DNA from: Carcharhinus longimanus
Lineage: Eukaryota
Length of the DNA stretch: 64,000 nt
Reading direction: 5' to 3'
Assembly (NCBI GenBank): GCA_030264375.1
Contig: JASCQW010000061.1
Coordinates: forward strand, 76,732,760 to 76,796,759
Shown here: one piece after another, positions 51,273 through 63,871 of the stretch
Layout: each line of letters opens with the position of its first letter
Numbering within the stretch: position 1 is the stretch's first letter
Position numbers and translations under genes: made by a program
Notes under the pieces: generated by a model
What the model saw: the letters and a program-made list of their open reading frames with translations, nothing else
Database searches by the model: none
Told to the model about the DNA's origin: nothing

Positions 51273-51848
51273 CTCTTCCTCTGAACTGTCACTCAGGTCA
51301 TTGTCAACTGAAGCACTCAAGGAGGCTGCCCTGGGCTCCAGGTAGCACAGGCATATAGCAAGAGGGAAGGAGAGAATGAGAGCCAAAGGTACAGAGAAAG
51401 AGACTGAAAGCAGGAAAAAGAAAATGAAAAGAAAACAGGGGACAAGTGATGGCGACTGAATGGGCAGATAACGTTGGAAACTCTCAGGTAAGAAACTGGC
51501 ATCAGAGAAGCTTGGGAAGGTGAGGTAGCCATCATCATCTAGCAAAGAGAATGATGCTGGGAGATGCAAGGAGAACGAAAACAACGTCCCTCCTTTCCTA
51601 GATCTAGGCCCTAGATTGTGGTCCTTTTTAAATCCCATTGCTTTCTTATCAACATAGTTGGAAGAGTCATAGTCCAATAGTGGATGAGCAGTACTTCTGG
51701 GATCTTCAGCCTTAAGACAACCAGCTGATTTTGAAACATTCTCTGTACATCTCCTATGAACGCTTGTTGATGACACAGGAGAGTCACAGTGCAAAGGCAG
51801 AGAGCAAGAGGAAGAGCTAAATGAATCTGTGGCAAAGAATGAGGAGGT
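51273..51848 (-). CDS. EPB41L3: EPB41L3 large U2 exon (576 nt)
   Basis: Acceptor ctcctctgtag| and donor GAG|GTGTGT. Encodes TLFSFSLHLP...LLDDDGYLTFP...SPSLVPCFLFIFFFLLS...CLCYLEPRAASLSASVDNDLSDSSEEE, matching 4.1B. 192 codons. Confidence 0.94.
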
Positions 51849-52334
51849 CTACAGAGGAGCAAAAAGGAAATCAGAGAAGATGAAGGAGCAACAAAAATGA
51901 GCAGGAACATTTAAAAAAGACAAACAAAAAGAAAATTATTAGTTAATGCATCCCACAGTATTTGTTCTTCCAAAATTTCAGAGCATCTGCTAACCAGAGA
52001 TATCTAGCAGCTTGGGATTCAGAAATGCTAAATTACAGGGATCCCACGACAATTTTACACAAGTATTCAAATTTCTGCAAATTGTTTAAATGCTTTTAAA
52101 AATGCTTTCTCCCATAGTATGTTATACAAATTAGCTTTGTTTACTCTGTTCATCTCAATCACTTGTTTGAATTTATTAAATATTTCTATGTAATAATTTA
52201 CCCTGTTTGTTTCCTTTGTTGTGCATTTTTCCACTTGTTTATTTCTAGCTCACATTTAATCCTGAATTTGCTAACTTGCTCTTTGATTTATATAAAAGCT
52301 AATTTTATTTTTCCAATGCCTCTTTGCACCTCAC

Positions 52335-52421
52335 CTTGTTAATCTGCTTCTTTTTCGCCTTCCTAGTTAATTCAACCAGTAGTGATGGTATCCTTCTTAG
52401 CCCCATTCCAATGCTCTCAAA
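52335..52421 (-). CDS. EPB41L3: Candidate 87-nt cassette exon of EPB41L3 (FESIGMGLRRIPSLLVELTRKAKKKQINK)
   Basis: Strong AAG|GTGAGG donor and weak aataag| acceptor. 29 open codons in phase 0/0, compatible with the flanking exons. No homologue confirmed. Confidence 0.45.
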
Positions 52422-54559
52422 CTTATTTGGATACAAGAGATGTAACTATTTTAGAACAAGTTCAGTTCATACTGGGCATTCTTATCCACACAGAATTCAG
52501 AATGTGAAAGGTTTACAGGATACAATGGGAGCATTTAAAATAAAATGCGGCTACTTAACAAACATTAGTTGGAAGTCTGGAACGTAGAAGATGGAAAAGT
52601 CCTAGGGAGTTGGTCAAATTTCATGCGCCTTTTGACTCAGAATCCCAAGTTAATGGAAAACTGAAAATTTGAAAAATGTCAAAAACTTTTTTCCTATTAC
52701 AGCACAGTTCAATTTTACAGAAACAATTACAGTTAAAAAAGTCAATTTTTTTTGGAGCAGTGATAAATGCTAAATGTTATCGCATTTTATGTCAGTTTGT
52801 TTACGTCTTGGGATATATGATGGATGATTAAAGTTTTCATATAAAACAAAGAAAAAAGGTTTGCATTCTGTTGGGGGTGAAATCACACTTAATATCTGTG
52901 GTTTAATATGTTCACATGAAATTATTCTATCCTCTATTTTAACAAGGCAGTAACCCATTTAAAGTAATGGACAGGTGGGCAAGTTAGAATTGCCCCAGTA
53001 ATTCACCCAGCTGATGGGATCTGCAGGATGATCCTAGCAGCCAATCATGTCCCTGCTTACTGTAGGGGAGCCTCAGAGCTGCGAGATTTTCCATAATCTT
53101 TTACCCAGAATAGGTTGAAATCAGTGAGCATATATTAAAAATCAGGCCTGGGAATTAAAATTTCTAGATTTGTGCAGGGGTTTCCAAGCTCTCAGTCATA
53201 CATCCGTCCAAAATTTACCTGAAGTTAAAATCAGGCCTAATAGTGGTAAAATGGTGGGTGAATAAATTTAACATTGTCATGTTAAACATCTTCTATGTCA
53301 GCCACCACAATTAGCACTAAAGACAGATAACTATATCTTGGGAACAAATTGCCACTGTGATCCTCACTAAGGAATTTTCTTTATTATACCGATTTGGAAG
53401 TACCATCACCAAAGTGATTCAGACAGCAGTTTACTATGCTTTCACAACTGCATTGCCCATCCCAAGTTGTAAAGTGCTGCTATACTCTCAAGAAAAGCTT
53501 CTTGGCAAAAGAAACCTCAACCCCTTAATACCTATAAATAACATCATTCTCTCATCAAACCAAAACTGTTTACAACAAAAGGAAATAATATCCCAATTTT
53601 GGTCAAACTCTTTAGAGTGGATTTCTAACCCCAATTAAATATGATAATTCCACTGAGATATCTGAACTTTTCCTAATTGTTCAAAACAATTTCATTTAGC
53701 AGATGACAGTAATACTGCAGAGATAAGTTGTACGACAGACCTGTTTAGCAAGTCCATTCAAAGTGAAAGAGTGGTGCCTTAGAGCTGAATTGCAGCACAG
53801 TACATTTTTGTGCTCACAATTTGAGATGTGGTATGTTCTCAGTCTTGTAGAATTAACCCAAAACAGAACTAACATGTGTTTAAATAGAATAATGGAACAT
53901 GTTTGTATTTGCTCCAGGCTTCGGCTGGCCTCTGCCCAACCCCTGATTGTACAGTAGTACAGACAGGAAGCCGAGAATGACACAACTGGCCATTCTCTCA
54001 GGCGGTTTGTTGTTTGACATAGGAGACTAAAGACAGAGTTTAATATTCTCTTCTCCAAATCAAGTAACAATCTCCTAAAATTAATTTTATATCTGGTTTT
54101 GGGATGTATGGAAGGCACAGAAATTGCACAAAATTCCTGTAATAATCTTCCAGAAACCATTCAATATGCACGTGAAAAATATTAACCTGATCCAATCAGG
54201 CGCCATTCAACAGTAATTTTTGCTTTTAAAAGCAATTAAAAATGAAATATTACACTGCAGCAGCTAATGGGTCATTGATAAAAATAGTTAAAAGTTGAGC
54301 TTAAAAATTATAAATTATTTGAGGTTTACTCTGAACTTAAGTCTTTAGTTGAACTTCTCAGACAGGATACAGCATTTGAATTCATTTTAGGGCTTTGATT
54401 ACATGCATATTGGGTGAACCTTGAAGGTGTACAGTGGAGCATAACTTATTTCAGGCAACATCTAGTGGTAAGTGGTTTCATGCCAGTTGATTGGAAGGTC
54501 AGTTGCTTTGCTGATTATATAGTTGGCGTTCCCTGCTGCCAAGCTAATGATATTAAATA

Positions 54560-55310
54560 TCATAAGATATAGATGCTGGAGTTGGCATTTAATTAATTGA
54601 GCCTGCTCTGATTATGGCCTTGATGCCACTTTTCCTGCCTTGCCTATCCCAAAACACTTAGTGCCCTTGTCAATTTAAAATCTGTCAAACTTGGCCTCAA
54701 ATGTATTCAATTTCTCAGCCTCCACTGTTTGTTGTGGGAGAGGATTACACAGACTAACTCTAAGAAAAGAAATTCCCTCTCATCTCGATCTTAAATGGGA
54801 AATTCATTTTTAAACTGTGGACCCGAGTTCTAGATTCCTCCAAGAGAGGAGGCACCTTTCCAGCATCAATTATGTAAGGCCACCTGAGAATTAACAAGAT
54901 TACCTTTCATTCTTCTAAACTTGGAATGAGTATAAGCTCAACCTGCTCTCCTTTCCTAACAAGACAATCCCTTCATCCCAGGAATCAACCTAATGAACCT
55001 TCCCTGAACTACTTCCAATGCAAGCATCTCCCTGCTCAAGTAAGGAGACAAAACTGTACACGGTGCTCCAGATGTGATCTCACTAAAGCCCTGTACAGTT
55101 GCAGCAAGGCTTCCCTACTTTTATATTCCAACTCACTTGCAATAAAGGCCAACATTCCATTTGCCTTCCTAATTACTGGCTGAACCTGGATGCTAGCATT
55201 GTTGAACACCCAGATACCCCAGTACTGCAGAATTCTGCAGTCTCACTTAATGTAAATAATATTCTGATTTTCTATCTTTCCTGCCACGACCTCTCATTTT
55301 CTCCAGATTA
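54560..55310 (-). mobile_element. Degenerate CR1-like LINE 3' part
   Basis: Antisense matches ...RKANGMLAFIASELEYKSRE.LLQLYRALVRSHLEHRVQF..., with a tail near 54560. Confidence 0.75.
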
Positions 55311-55659
55311 TATAACATATCCAGGTATTCTCAATCACTAAGAATGGATCTTGACTTCTACATCTGTTATGACTCAAAATAAAATTGAATACAGAAACCA
55401 CAACTCAAGATAGATCTCAACTCAGAGATTAAGGGAGAATTTTAATGCTAAAAATGGATGGATTTTGAGTCAATGTGGGATGGTAAATTATCAAAGATCA
55501 AATCTTGATGCTAGTCCCATTTCAGCTGTAATGGAGGTGGGGAACATAGGGCCAAGTTGGCAATTTAAATACAAAGCCGCGTGGCTCGTATTAAATCATC
55601 ATTTTAAATTTAACCCAGGCCATCTGAGTTTCAGGGCCTCCCCATCCTATCCCCATAAT

Positions 55660-55892
55660 GCCACTCATGTACAATGGCTAATCCACCTACTCTATACACC
55701 TTTGGGCACTAACGGACAATTCAGCATGGCCAATCCACCTAACCTGCCCATCTTTAGACTGTGGGAGGAAACTAGAGCACCCTGAGGGAACATACGCAGA
55801 CACGGGGAGAATGTGCAAACTCTACTCAGACATTCACCCAAGGCCAGAATCGAACTGAGGTCCCTGGTGCTGTGAGGCAGCAATGCCACCCT
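55660..55892 (-). mobile_element. V-SINE-like element (other subfamily)
   Basis: V-domain and tRNA-like head (cattgctgcctcacagcaccagggacctcagttcgattc on the minus strand). Confidence 0.75.
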
Positions 55893-58800
55893 TGGACTCC
55901 AACTTCTCCTGGCCCCAACCTCCCCAATGTTGCCTTGCTCCAGAGTCTAGCTTCCTCCACCAGCCCTTGGCGTCCTTGATTTTTCCTGGCTTGTTTCTGC
56001 TTCCAGGCCACAGCCTACCCACTCAATATTCAGCCAGCTTTTCAATCAGGCTGGCTGCAGTTGGGAAAGAGATCCAAATCTTTATCAAGTCCTGCCATTA
56101 AGATTGACAGAACTTTTGGAAAATCCATTATTTCTAGTTCTTTAATCCAAGCAATAACGCACATAATCACTTCACGCTTCTCCCACACCCGCAATACCTC
56201 TGAGTTAATAGTATCCAGCTCTAAGTCTCAGCTGACAAGATTTATACTTGAGTTTCCCTTTGCATGCAAGTTTGTCAGCCTCAATCGAGTCATAAGGGGG
56301 ACAGGAGAATCCATTCTTCCTAAATTGTGCCTCTTGAGTCAACGGATGAACTCTATTGTTCTTCTGTAGCTAAGGTTGGCAACCTTTCAGAAATGGCATG
56401 CTAAGTCTTGGTTCATTCACAGTAATTTAAGGTTTGGTGTACCAGTAATATAGTTTTAACATTTATAAAGTCTGTATATTTAATTAAACTATTGTATAAA
56501 GTAAATAAGGTCTTTAAAAATGCTTCAGAAGATTAATTTAAAATTAAAATGCAGACCTTACTGGCTTAGTGTAATCACTGCACTTGCTTTTCCTTCCTTT
56601 CTTAGGAGCTGACATTGTCAATTGTACGCCTCAATTTATAGTAAAAAACAGATTTTTGACCCACTAAGGCAAATGCAACGTGCTATTCTGCATTACATCA
56701 TACCAAATGTAAGCATCAAATTTGATATTAAAAACATCCCAGAACTGAATAAAACAAACATTTACTGTTTAAATTCTACACATCTATTAATAAATGTAAC
56801 ACATTTTCTCGGGATAAGTAAACGACAAAATATTTTTGTGTGAGTGCCCCTCAAAATTATCTCATGTTCCACTTTTGGCATGCATACCACAGATTGCCAA
56901 CCCCTTCTCCACTGAGGAACCTGCAGGCTGTATAATCAAGCTTCTGAAGCAAATGCAGAATAAATCATTGGACATGATAAAAACAATTGAGGTGGTGACA
57001 AGACAGAAAGGTTTTTGAAGCATGGTTATGAATAAATTCAATGATTTCAGGAGTCTGAACTGGCTAATCTATTTATAATCAGGCTTCATCCCTCTAAGAC
57101 TTTTTGTACTTCTGAGTTACAGATCTATGCACAGAAACACACAGGGTGAAAACTGCCTTTGGCAGTCTCACAAAATGGTGGCTCACACACTGACAGCCCA
57201 TTTTCTGCTCCATCTGACTTTGTTCTGTCAATGGAAAAAAAACGACTGGGCTGTCAATGCACTATTGACTATTCTACTCTAATGCCAAGGATGAATTCAC
57301 CTCTATGGACTATTAAAAGTGGACTGAAAATTGGACACATTCCATGATGGGCATACAACCTTCAGACCCTGTTTTCCTTTACGCTTCCCATCCTGATGAT
57401 TATTTGTCCAAAAAGAAAAGAATAATTTGTCCTTAGATCTGTAACACAATCCTCACATTTAACTAATAAAAGTTAAGCTCTAACTGATGTCTTTTTTTTA
57501 AAAATCAAGTTTTTTTACTTCATTCTGCAGAATTCTAATTTCTATGTAAACATTGCAGTGATCTGGTCTTCACTCAAATACTTCATGAGAAAGTGATGGA
57601 AAATGGGAGTATTTTAGAAATCACTTCCAGAATTTGAAGTTCCATTTACAATTCCCACGAATTGAAGTAAACTTCAGCAAAATCAAAATTATTGAAAAAA
57701 GCAATCTCTTCACTCTCAGCAAAAATACATAACTGGAGATATACAATCTTATTCTTCACTAAGATGTGGCTTACAATAAAATAATTTGGATGCAGCATTG
57801 TCAGGGTAAATAGATAACACACACTGTTCTTTCAACATTTTCAGAACGTTCACAAACTACATATTTTGTTATGCAAGGAAAGTCAAAAATTAGGTATGAT
57901 ATCCCTGAGTTGGAGAAATGTAACTTACTTAGTTACTTTGACTATCATGCTAGTTTGTTCCTGCCTACCACTACTTTCCTTCACAGCTACTTTTTAAAAA
58001 CATTTTTGACATGCTTGGTTGAAATATTATGCACCTGCATATAACTTTTACCTTCCAGAGCCCTTCACTCCTCCATTTCATGCAGTAGACTCTTCAAACC
58101 ACTCCAAAGCATTTTATCACATGTCAGCCACTAAATCTGACATCAAGCATTTCAGGATACTTCATTTTGAGACCGAGATCAGGTATAGCACACTTTTAAT
58201 GCATAAATGAAGGCCTTTTAACCCCACGCTAATGCTGTGCCTTATACCTCAGGGCAACTGCTTGACTAGTCCTATATAACATTTTTTAAGCTATCCAGTC
58301 AGTCTACAGCCCAAGAAAAAACCTTGGCCTTTTTTTTTTAAAACTATAACAATTTTGTGGCATCATTTAATCCTGACCAGAAATTGGATCAAAACTGTCC
58401 AATTAGTTAATCTGGGTAACTAGCAGGTAAATTTACAGACTTTCATTTACCCTGCCTAGGTTATAACCAACTACCTGGACAGGTCACAAGAGCTTATCTT
58501 ACGACCAGAAGAAACTTTATTGGTGAACTGTTTCCAGCTGTTTTTCCAAGTATCATTCTTGAAAAGTGATCAGCCAAGACACCATTCTTCAGTGCTTAAA
58601 TGTACCACACTAAGTGAACTTCAGTTACCTGTAAAGTTCAGGCTTCTAAACTATCTGATATTACAAATGCTGTTATCCAATAAACTCAAAAGTAGTAGCA
58701 GCCCCACCATTTGGAATGCAAATTTCCAAACATCAATAGTCTCAGTCAAATTCTGAGGTTAGCCAATCATTTCCCCTTCACCGCTGTTGCAGTGATGGCT

Positions 58801-59482
58801 AAAACTGACTTGAAGCTTCAGCAATAAAATATTCATCTGCTACCCAAGGAAAGATCCAAAGATTATATAGTCCTATAAGTCTTACATACATGCTTGATGA
58901 TGGAAATTACTAACAGCTATGAAAATGCAATGCCCCACAGATTGATCAAAATGTTTGCAGAAAAGTTTCAAATTTCTATTTACCCTTTTAAAGCTAAAAA
59001 CTGAACATGGCAACAAATCCTGATATTTAACATCAGCCTCAAGAAAGACATATAAACATGACAAACTCAAATTATCAGTGGAACCAAAAAAGGGATTATC
59101 AAGCCCACTCTTAGAAATACAAAGTTATAATTTTTTCCAATAATATCACATTAATATATTGTATCAACAAACCACAGACTAGAAATTAAGGCAATTGATT
59201 CTATTGAATAAATGTTTATGCTCATATCAAGTACCTCATTTCATTATTTTAATGAAAGCATCAATTAAAAATAGTGTATACCAGCATCGCTAACAATTAT
59301 TTTCACACAAATATCCTGTACTTCTAAGCAGAAACATGTTTCTTAGTTTGGAACAAACTAGTCAAACTGGTTTCAAATTAACCTATCATAATTTCTAATA
59401 ATGGCCTACTTTCCTAGGCTTTCAGACGTATCGCCTGCCTATTTTGTCAACAGTATACTTTTCTTGCCCCAGAACATACTAC

Positions 59483-59703
59483 CTTTATTTCATGCTTGGC
59501 CGGTGTGACTGATGGAGTAACATCAATCTTTGTTTTTTTCTCCTCTTCCTCTGCTTTCTCCTCTTCTGCCTTTTTCTCTGGTGTCACTGTGGTTATTAGA
59601 TTGGTTGAGGCTAGGCTCTTGGCAGCACCATAATGACCTGTAGCCACTTCAGAAGCTGAAATGGAGTCCTTTATGAGCATCTCATGGTTCTCAGTGACAG
59701 ATG
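59483..59703 (-). CDS. EPB41L3: EPB41L3 exon, start of the U2 region
   Basis: Acceptor ttttaaag| and donor AAG|GTAGTA. Translates (A)SVTENHEMLIKDSISASEVATGHYGAAKSLASTNLITTVTPEKKAEEE...HEIK; TNLITTVTPEKKAEEE matches 4.1B. Phase 1 in, phase 0 out. Confidence 0.93.
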
Positions 59704-60025
59704 CTTTAAAAACACAAAATACATCTTGTCAGTCAGTGTGTCCAGCTAAGCCCAGTGGACCCAGTAGCACAGAGTTCCTATGATTGGCCTAAGGGCCTCT
59801 AGACAAAGTGGGAAACCAGACATAGTTCCTTCCCAAATTTGAGTGACCCCTTTGGAAAGTACTTAATATATCTGAGCCACTTCAGTGTGATTGCTGTCTT
59901 GAAACACAGTGGTAGAGTGGCAGAAGAATTATGCACTCAATGAGCTGGTGTCTTCAGGAGATAAAGGGGTGATAAAAAGAGGTTGAAGCTGAAAGTGGAG
60001 CTCATTGAGGACTTGGATTGTGAGT

Positions 60026-60095
60026 TTAAAGTTTATTTATTAGAGTTTAAGTAGGCGTACATTAACACTACAATGAAGTTGTTTTGAAAATCCCG
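60026..60095 (-). mobile_element. Tail-type-B SINE 3' fragment
   Basis: aagtttatttattag...aagtaggcgtacattaacactacaatgaagtt is the reverse complement of the type B tail. Confidence 0.6.
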
Positions 60096-62299
60096 TATTG
60101 GGAAAATTATTTAAAATCTTTTGCTAAAGCCAGGCTAAAGCCAAGGATAAAAAAAAAGAGACACTTATAGGAAAAGTAGGAGAAACAATTAGAAGTGTGC
60201 ATTGTGAAGATGAAATTAAGAAAGATGCAAGGAAGCGTGTGTACAGCACAAGCAAAGACTTGTTGGCCCGAATGGTCTATTTCCGAGTTGTATGTTCAAT
60301 ATAATAGAGGGACAAATCTACAGTCTAGCTATATTAACTTGAACCAAACGTCACACATTGATCAGAGGTAATAAAATCAGAAATGTCCTTAAAGCTGCAA
60401 CCAGTCAGGCCCTGCAACTGCCAAAAGTGAAGCAGAAACTTGGTTATGTAAATTAGACTACTGCCACATTTCTGGCAAAATTAAGCTTTAGAGAACAGAG
60501 CTAGAAATTCAAACAAGCTGTTAATTCCCTCAAGAACGAGAGTATGATTACTTGATACCATCAACATTTTGAAGGGGGAGGAATACCAATGAGATTTAAA
60601 TTTGCACTGCTAATCCTTCAAGACTGGACACATCATTCACAACAAACTGATGGTTCCAAAGTTCATCTTTAGCAGGTCAAGTTAGTCAGGATAGCCAAAA
60701 TGCCTATGATCCATGAAATCCACATACTCTCATTAATATGGAACCTGTATGTTTTTGTAAAACATATATATAATTTCAACGATGAACATGAGTATGAGTA
60801 AATTGAAGTTTACCACCTCCGTTCAATCATTGTTTAAAACAAACAGAACAGCTAACCCATTTCACATCAGGATTTTTTCAAATCTGTATTAAAGAACCAT
60901 ATTAACATCCAGTTATGTTCTCTATAACTTCCATATTAATGTGATTTTCATATCCTTAAATAAATCAAAGGGATGAAACAGTCCTTTTTTTTTGCTTTTC
61001 TACACCGTCACTAACATTTAAAACAGTTTAGTTTAGACGATTACCATAATGAGTCTGGGCTGCATGCTGCGCACAACCCAAAAAAGAAAAAGTCCAAACA
61101 TTGCAAGAGGGTGGAGTCAGATCATAATTTAGTTCAAAATATTAACACACATTTTTAGGAAATTCATCTGATCTTGGTACAGATCACTGCTGGATTAGAA
61201 GCAAATCATAAAACACAAATGGAAGGACTGCTAAAAAGGGCCTAACCAAAGCAAAAACAATTATGTTGACATTTCTACCTATAGTGTCACAGTCATTGAC
61301 TGCAGCTAGCAGCTTCAAATCATGAAAAAGAGTCGCCCAGAAAGTTTATACGTTAGAAGCTAAAATCTAAAACATAAATTACTATGGGCACTTATGCTTG
61401 GGAATAAGCCCATGAGCTTGTTCCATTTTTCAATTAGATTACTGGATCTGTGCCTCAAATTCATTTGCCTGCCTTTGCAGATAAAGGCCTGACTGATGAT
61501 TTTAAAAAAAGTCACACTTGCACATTCTTTTATATACTGGAATTTACACAGGCAGACAGATTTTACTTTCATTGCGTTCATCATCGTTAAGAGAAAGTCC
61601 AACATTATAGTGCCGCAAATGTACTTATTCAGCAGCACATTAAAATGGGGATATTTAATTATGAAATAGCATTTCAATAAATATTAGCAGTACAAGTGGA
61701 TCACTCATATAGACATAGGTGTTTCACTTTAAAGTGCGGACAGTCTTTTGACTGCAAATGCTAGCCCAATTATCTCCCCTCCCAACTCCGGTTCCATCTG
61801 AAGACTAAATGTCTTTGTGACAGTTTCCCAGAGTAATAAGTTGTGGCGCAAAGTGCAGATAAAGCTACTTAGATCTACAATTGTATATGAAGCAGGGTTA
61901 ATTAGTAATGCCATAGTAAAAGGTCCACTGGGAAATAGTAATCACAATACCATTGGATTCCATGTCAAGTTTGAAAATTATGTGCTTCGATGACAAGCAG
62001 GAATCTGAAGCAAAGTCAATTACACAGTTTACAAAGAGATAACTAGCTCAGGCCGGTCGGGTAAACAGACAAAAAAAAAAGGTAAAAAAAGTACAAAAAA
62101 CAGTAAATGAACAGTGGGAGTCATGTAAAGAGACACTGAAAACATTCAGCAAAAATGCAATCCACTGAAAAAACAAAAATGCAGCAAGATAGGTCCATCT
62201 CTAGCTTAATCAGGAAGTTAAAGATAGCATTATGTTAATAGAGATTTATAATGTTGCAAAGAATAGCAGCAAGTCTGATGATTGAGATTATTTTAAAAA

Positions 62300-62735
62300 C
62301 CCGAAAAGGGCCAAAGAGTTAATAAAAGTGGGAAAAACAAGTGTAAACCAGCCAGGAATATAAAAACAGGTCGTCAGAACAATTCCAAGTATATAAAAAG
62401 AAAGAGAATAGCTAAAGTAAACATTGCTCCCTTAGAAACAGTAGCGAGAGAAATCATCATGCAAAGTGAGGAAATGGCAATGGTACTGAACAAATATTTT
62501 GCATCCGTCTTCAAGAATAGGAAACACAACTTATATATCAGAAATAGAAAACTCAGTGTCTGAAAGAGGAAATTAAGGTGATTAATATCAGAGAAAAAAT
62601 ATTAGAGAAACTCAAAGAACTAACGTCTGAAATTCCTGAGACCTGATGGTCTAACGCTAGGGTTCTGTTCTGGAAGAGATAGGTGCAGAGGTAGTCCACA
62701 CACTAGATATGATTTTCCAAAATCCCTTAGATTAC
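62300..62735 (+). mobile_element. Degenerate CR1-like ORF2 central fragment
   Basis: KYIKRKRIAKVNIAPL...EEMAMVLNKYFASVF...GPDG...RVL...IFQNPLD pattern. Confidence 0.75.
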
Positions 62736-62737
62736 AG

Positions 62738-63330
62738 GAGGGAGTAGCATAGTGGTAATGTCACTAGACTAGTAATGCAGAGGTCCACGCTAATACTCTG
62801 GAGGCATGGCAGCTGGTGGAATTTGAAATCAGTAAGTAAACCTATTTCATTAAATGTAATTAAACAATTAAAAGCTCATCTAATGGTGACCGTGTAACCA
62901 TTGTTCATTATCATATCTTTGTCCAACGACATCCTTTAGCAAGAAAATCTGCCACCTCATCTATCTTACATGCGACTCCAGACCCACAGCAATGTGGTTG
63001 ACCCACAAATACCCCCCCGAAATGGTCTAGCAAGTTGAATTAAACCACTGCAAATTCTAAAAGGAATGAAACCGGACAGACCTCCTGGCATCAGTAGCTG
63101 AAGTCCTGCCTTTACATTGAAGATGCCCTCCATCATGTTGTGTGGCACTACTGCAGTGCTAAACGAGACAGATTCCAAACAGATCTAGCAACTCAAAATT
63201 GGGCATTCCTGAGATGTTGTGAGCCATCAGCAGAGTCAAATACAACCACAAGATGCAACTTCAGAACCTGGCATATCCTCGACTCTAACATTACCATCAT
63301 GCCGGGGAGTCCATCCTCATTCCCAAAAAT
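62738..63330 (+). mobile_element. DeuSINE-like head and body continuing into LINE-ORF-like sequence
   Basis: The head matches the 18421 family. The downstream frame reads LHHVVWHYCSAKRDRFQTDLATQNWAFLRCCEPSA, a post-endonuclease-like motif (W.Y..A.W..F..DL...NW). Confidence 0.55.
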
Positions 63331-63871
63331 CATGTACATCTGTTACTCTGTCCCCCTTTAAAATTCTTTTAACCAAAGTCTGAGTAATCGCTAATAAACA
63401 TTCAAGTGGTTTGGCATTCATCTCTCATTACTCCTTTCTAAATTGCTCTGGAATTTCTTGTCCATCACCGATTCTGTAGCAAGAGATTTTTACGAACATA
63501 GAAACATGATGTGCATGTCCCAAGAAAGAACTTGTAGTGATAAGTTCTGGAAATAAACTTTATTGGAGATGAAAACACATTTAAAATAAATGCGTTAACA
63601 CTTTTCTTCAAAGAAAAGCAGAGCAGACTTTCAGACTAGTTAGGTGTTCATAAATTAACATTTTGGTGTAATTTCAGAGACTTCTTCATCCGTTTATTCT
63701 ATTGCATACTAAGTGAGGAATTAAGTAGGATTAAAAAGAACCTGATGATCTCTTTCCTGGATTCTAATTGAGATTGCACACTAAGTGAATTAGATTTCAG
63801 ACAAGCAACACGTCTTTGGACAAGGATTCTACTTCACATTGCTTCAGGCTGTAACTCCCCCAGTTCCTTAC

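Noticed and set aside
56198-56363. Possible exon: CAG acceptor, 52 open codons (KNNRVHPLTQ...RAGYY*), GT donor
   Set aside because: It has no polypyrimidine tract, is 166 nt with an in-frame stop, and has no recognisable homology. It needs RNA evidence.
126-63361. Most short ORFs in the ORF track, including the recurring MVSTAA.../MCKLHTDS... peptides
   Set aside because: They are translations of SINE/LINE copies, antisense shadows of real exons (e.g. 8694-9056, 23677-23892, 39121-39378) or random AT-rich frames.
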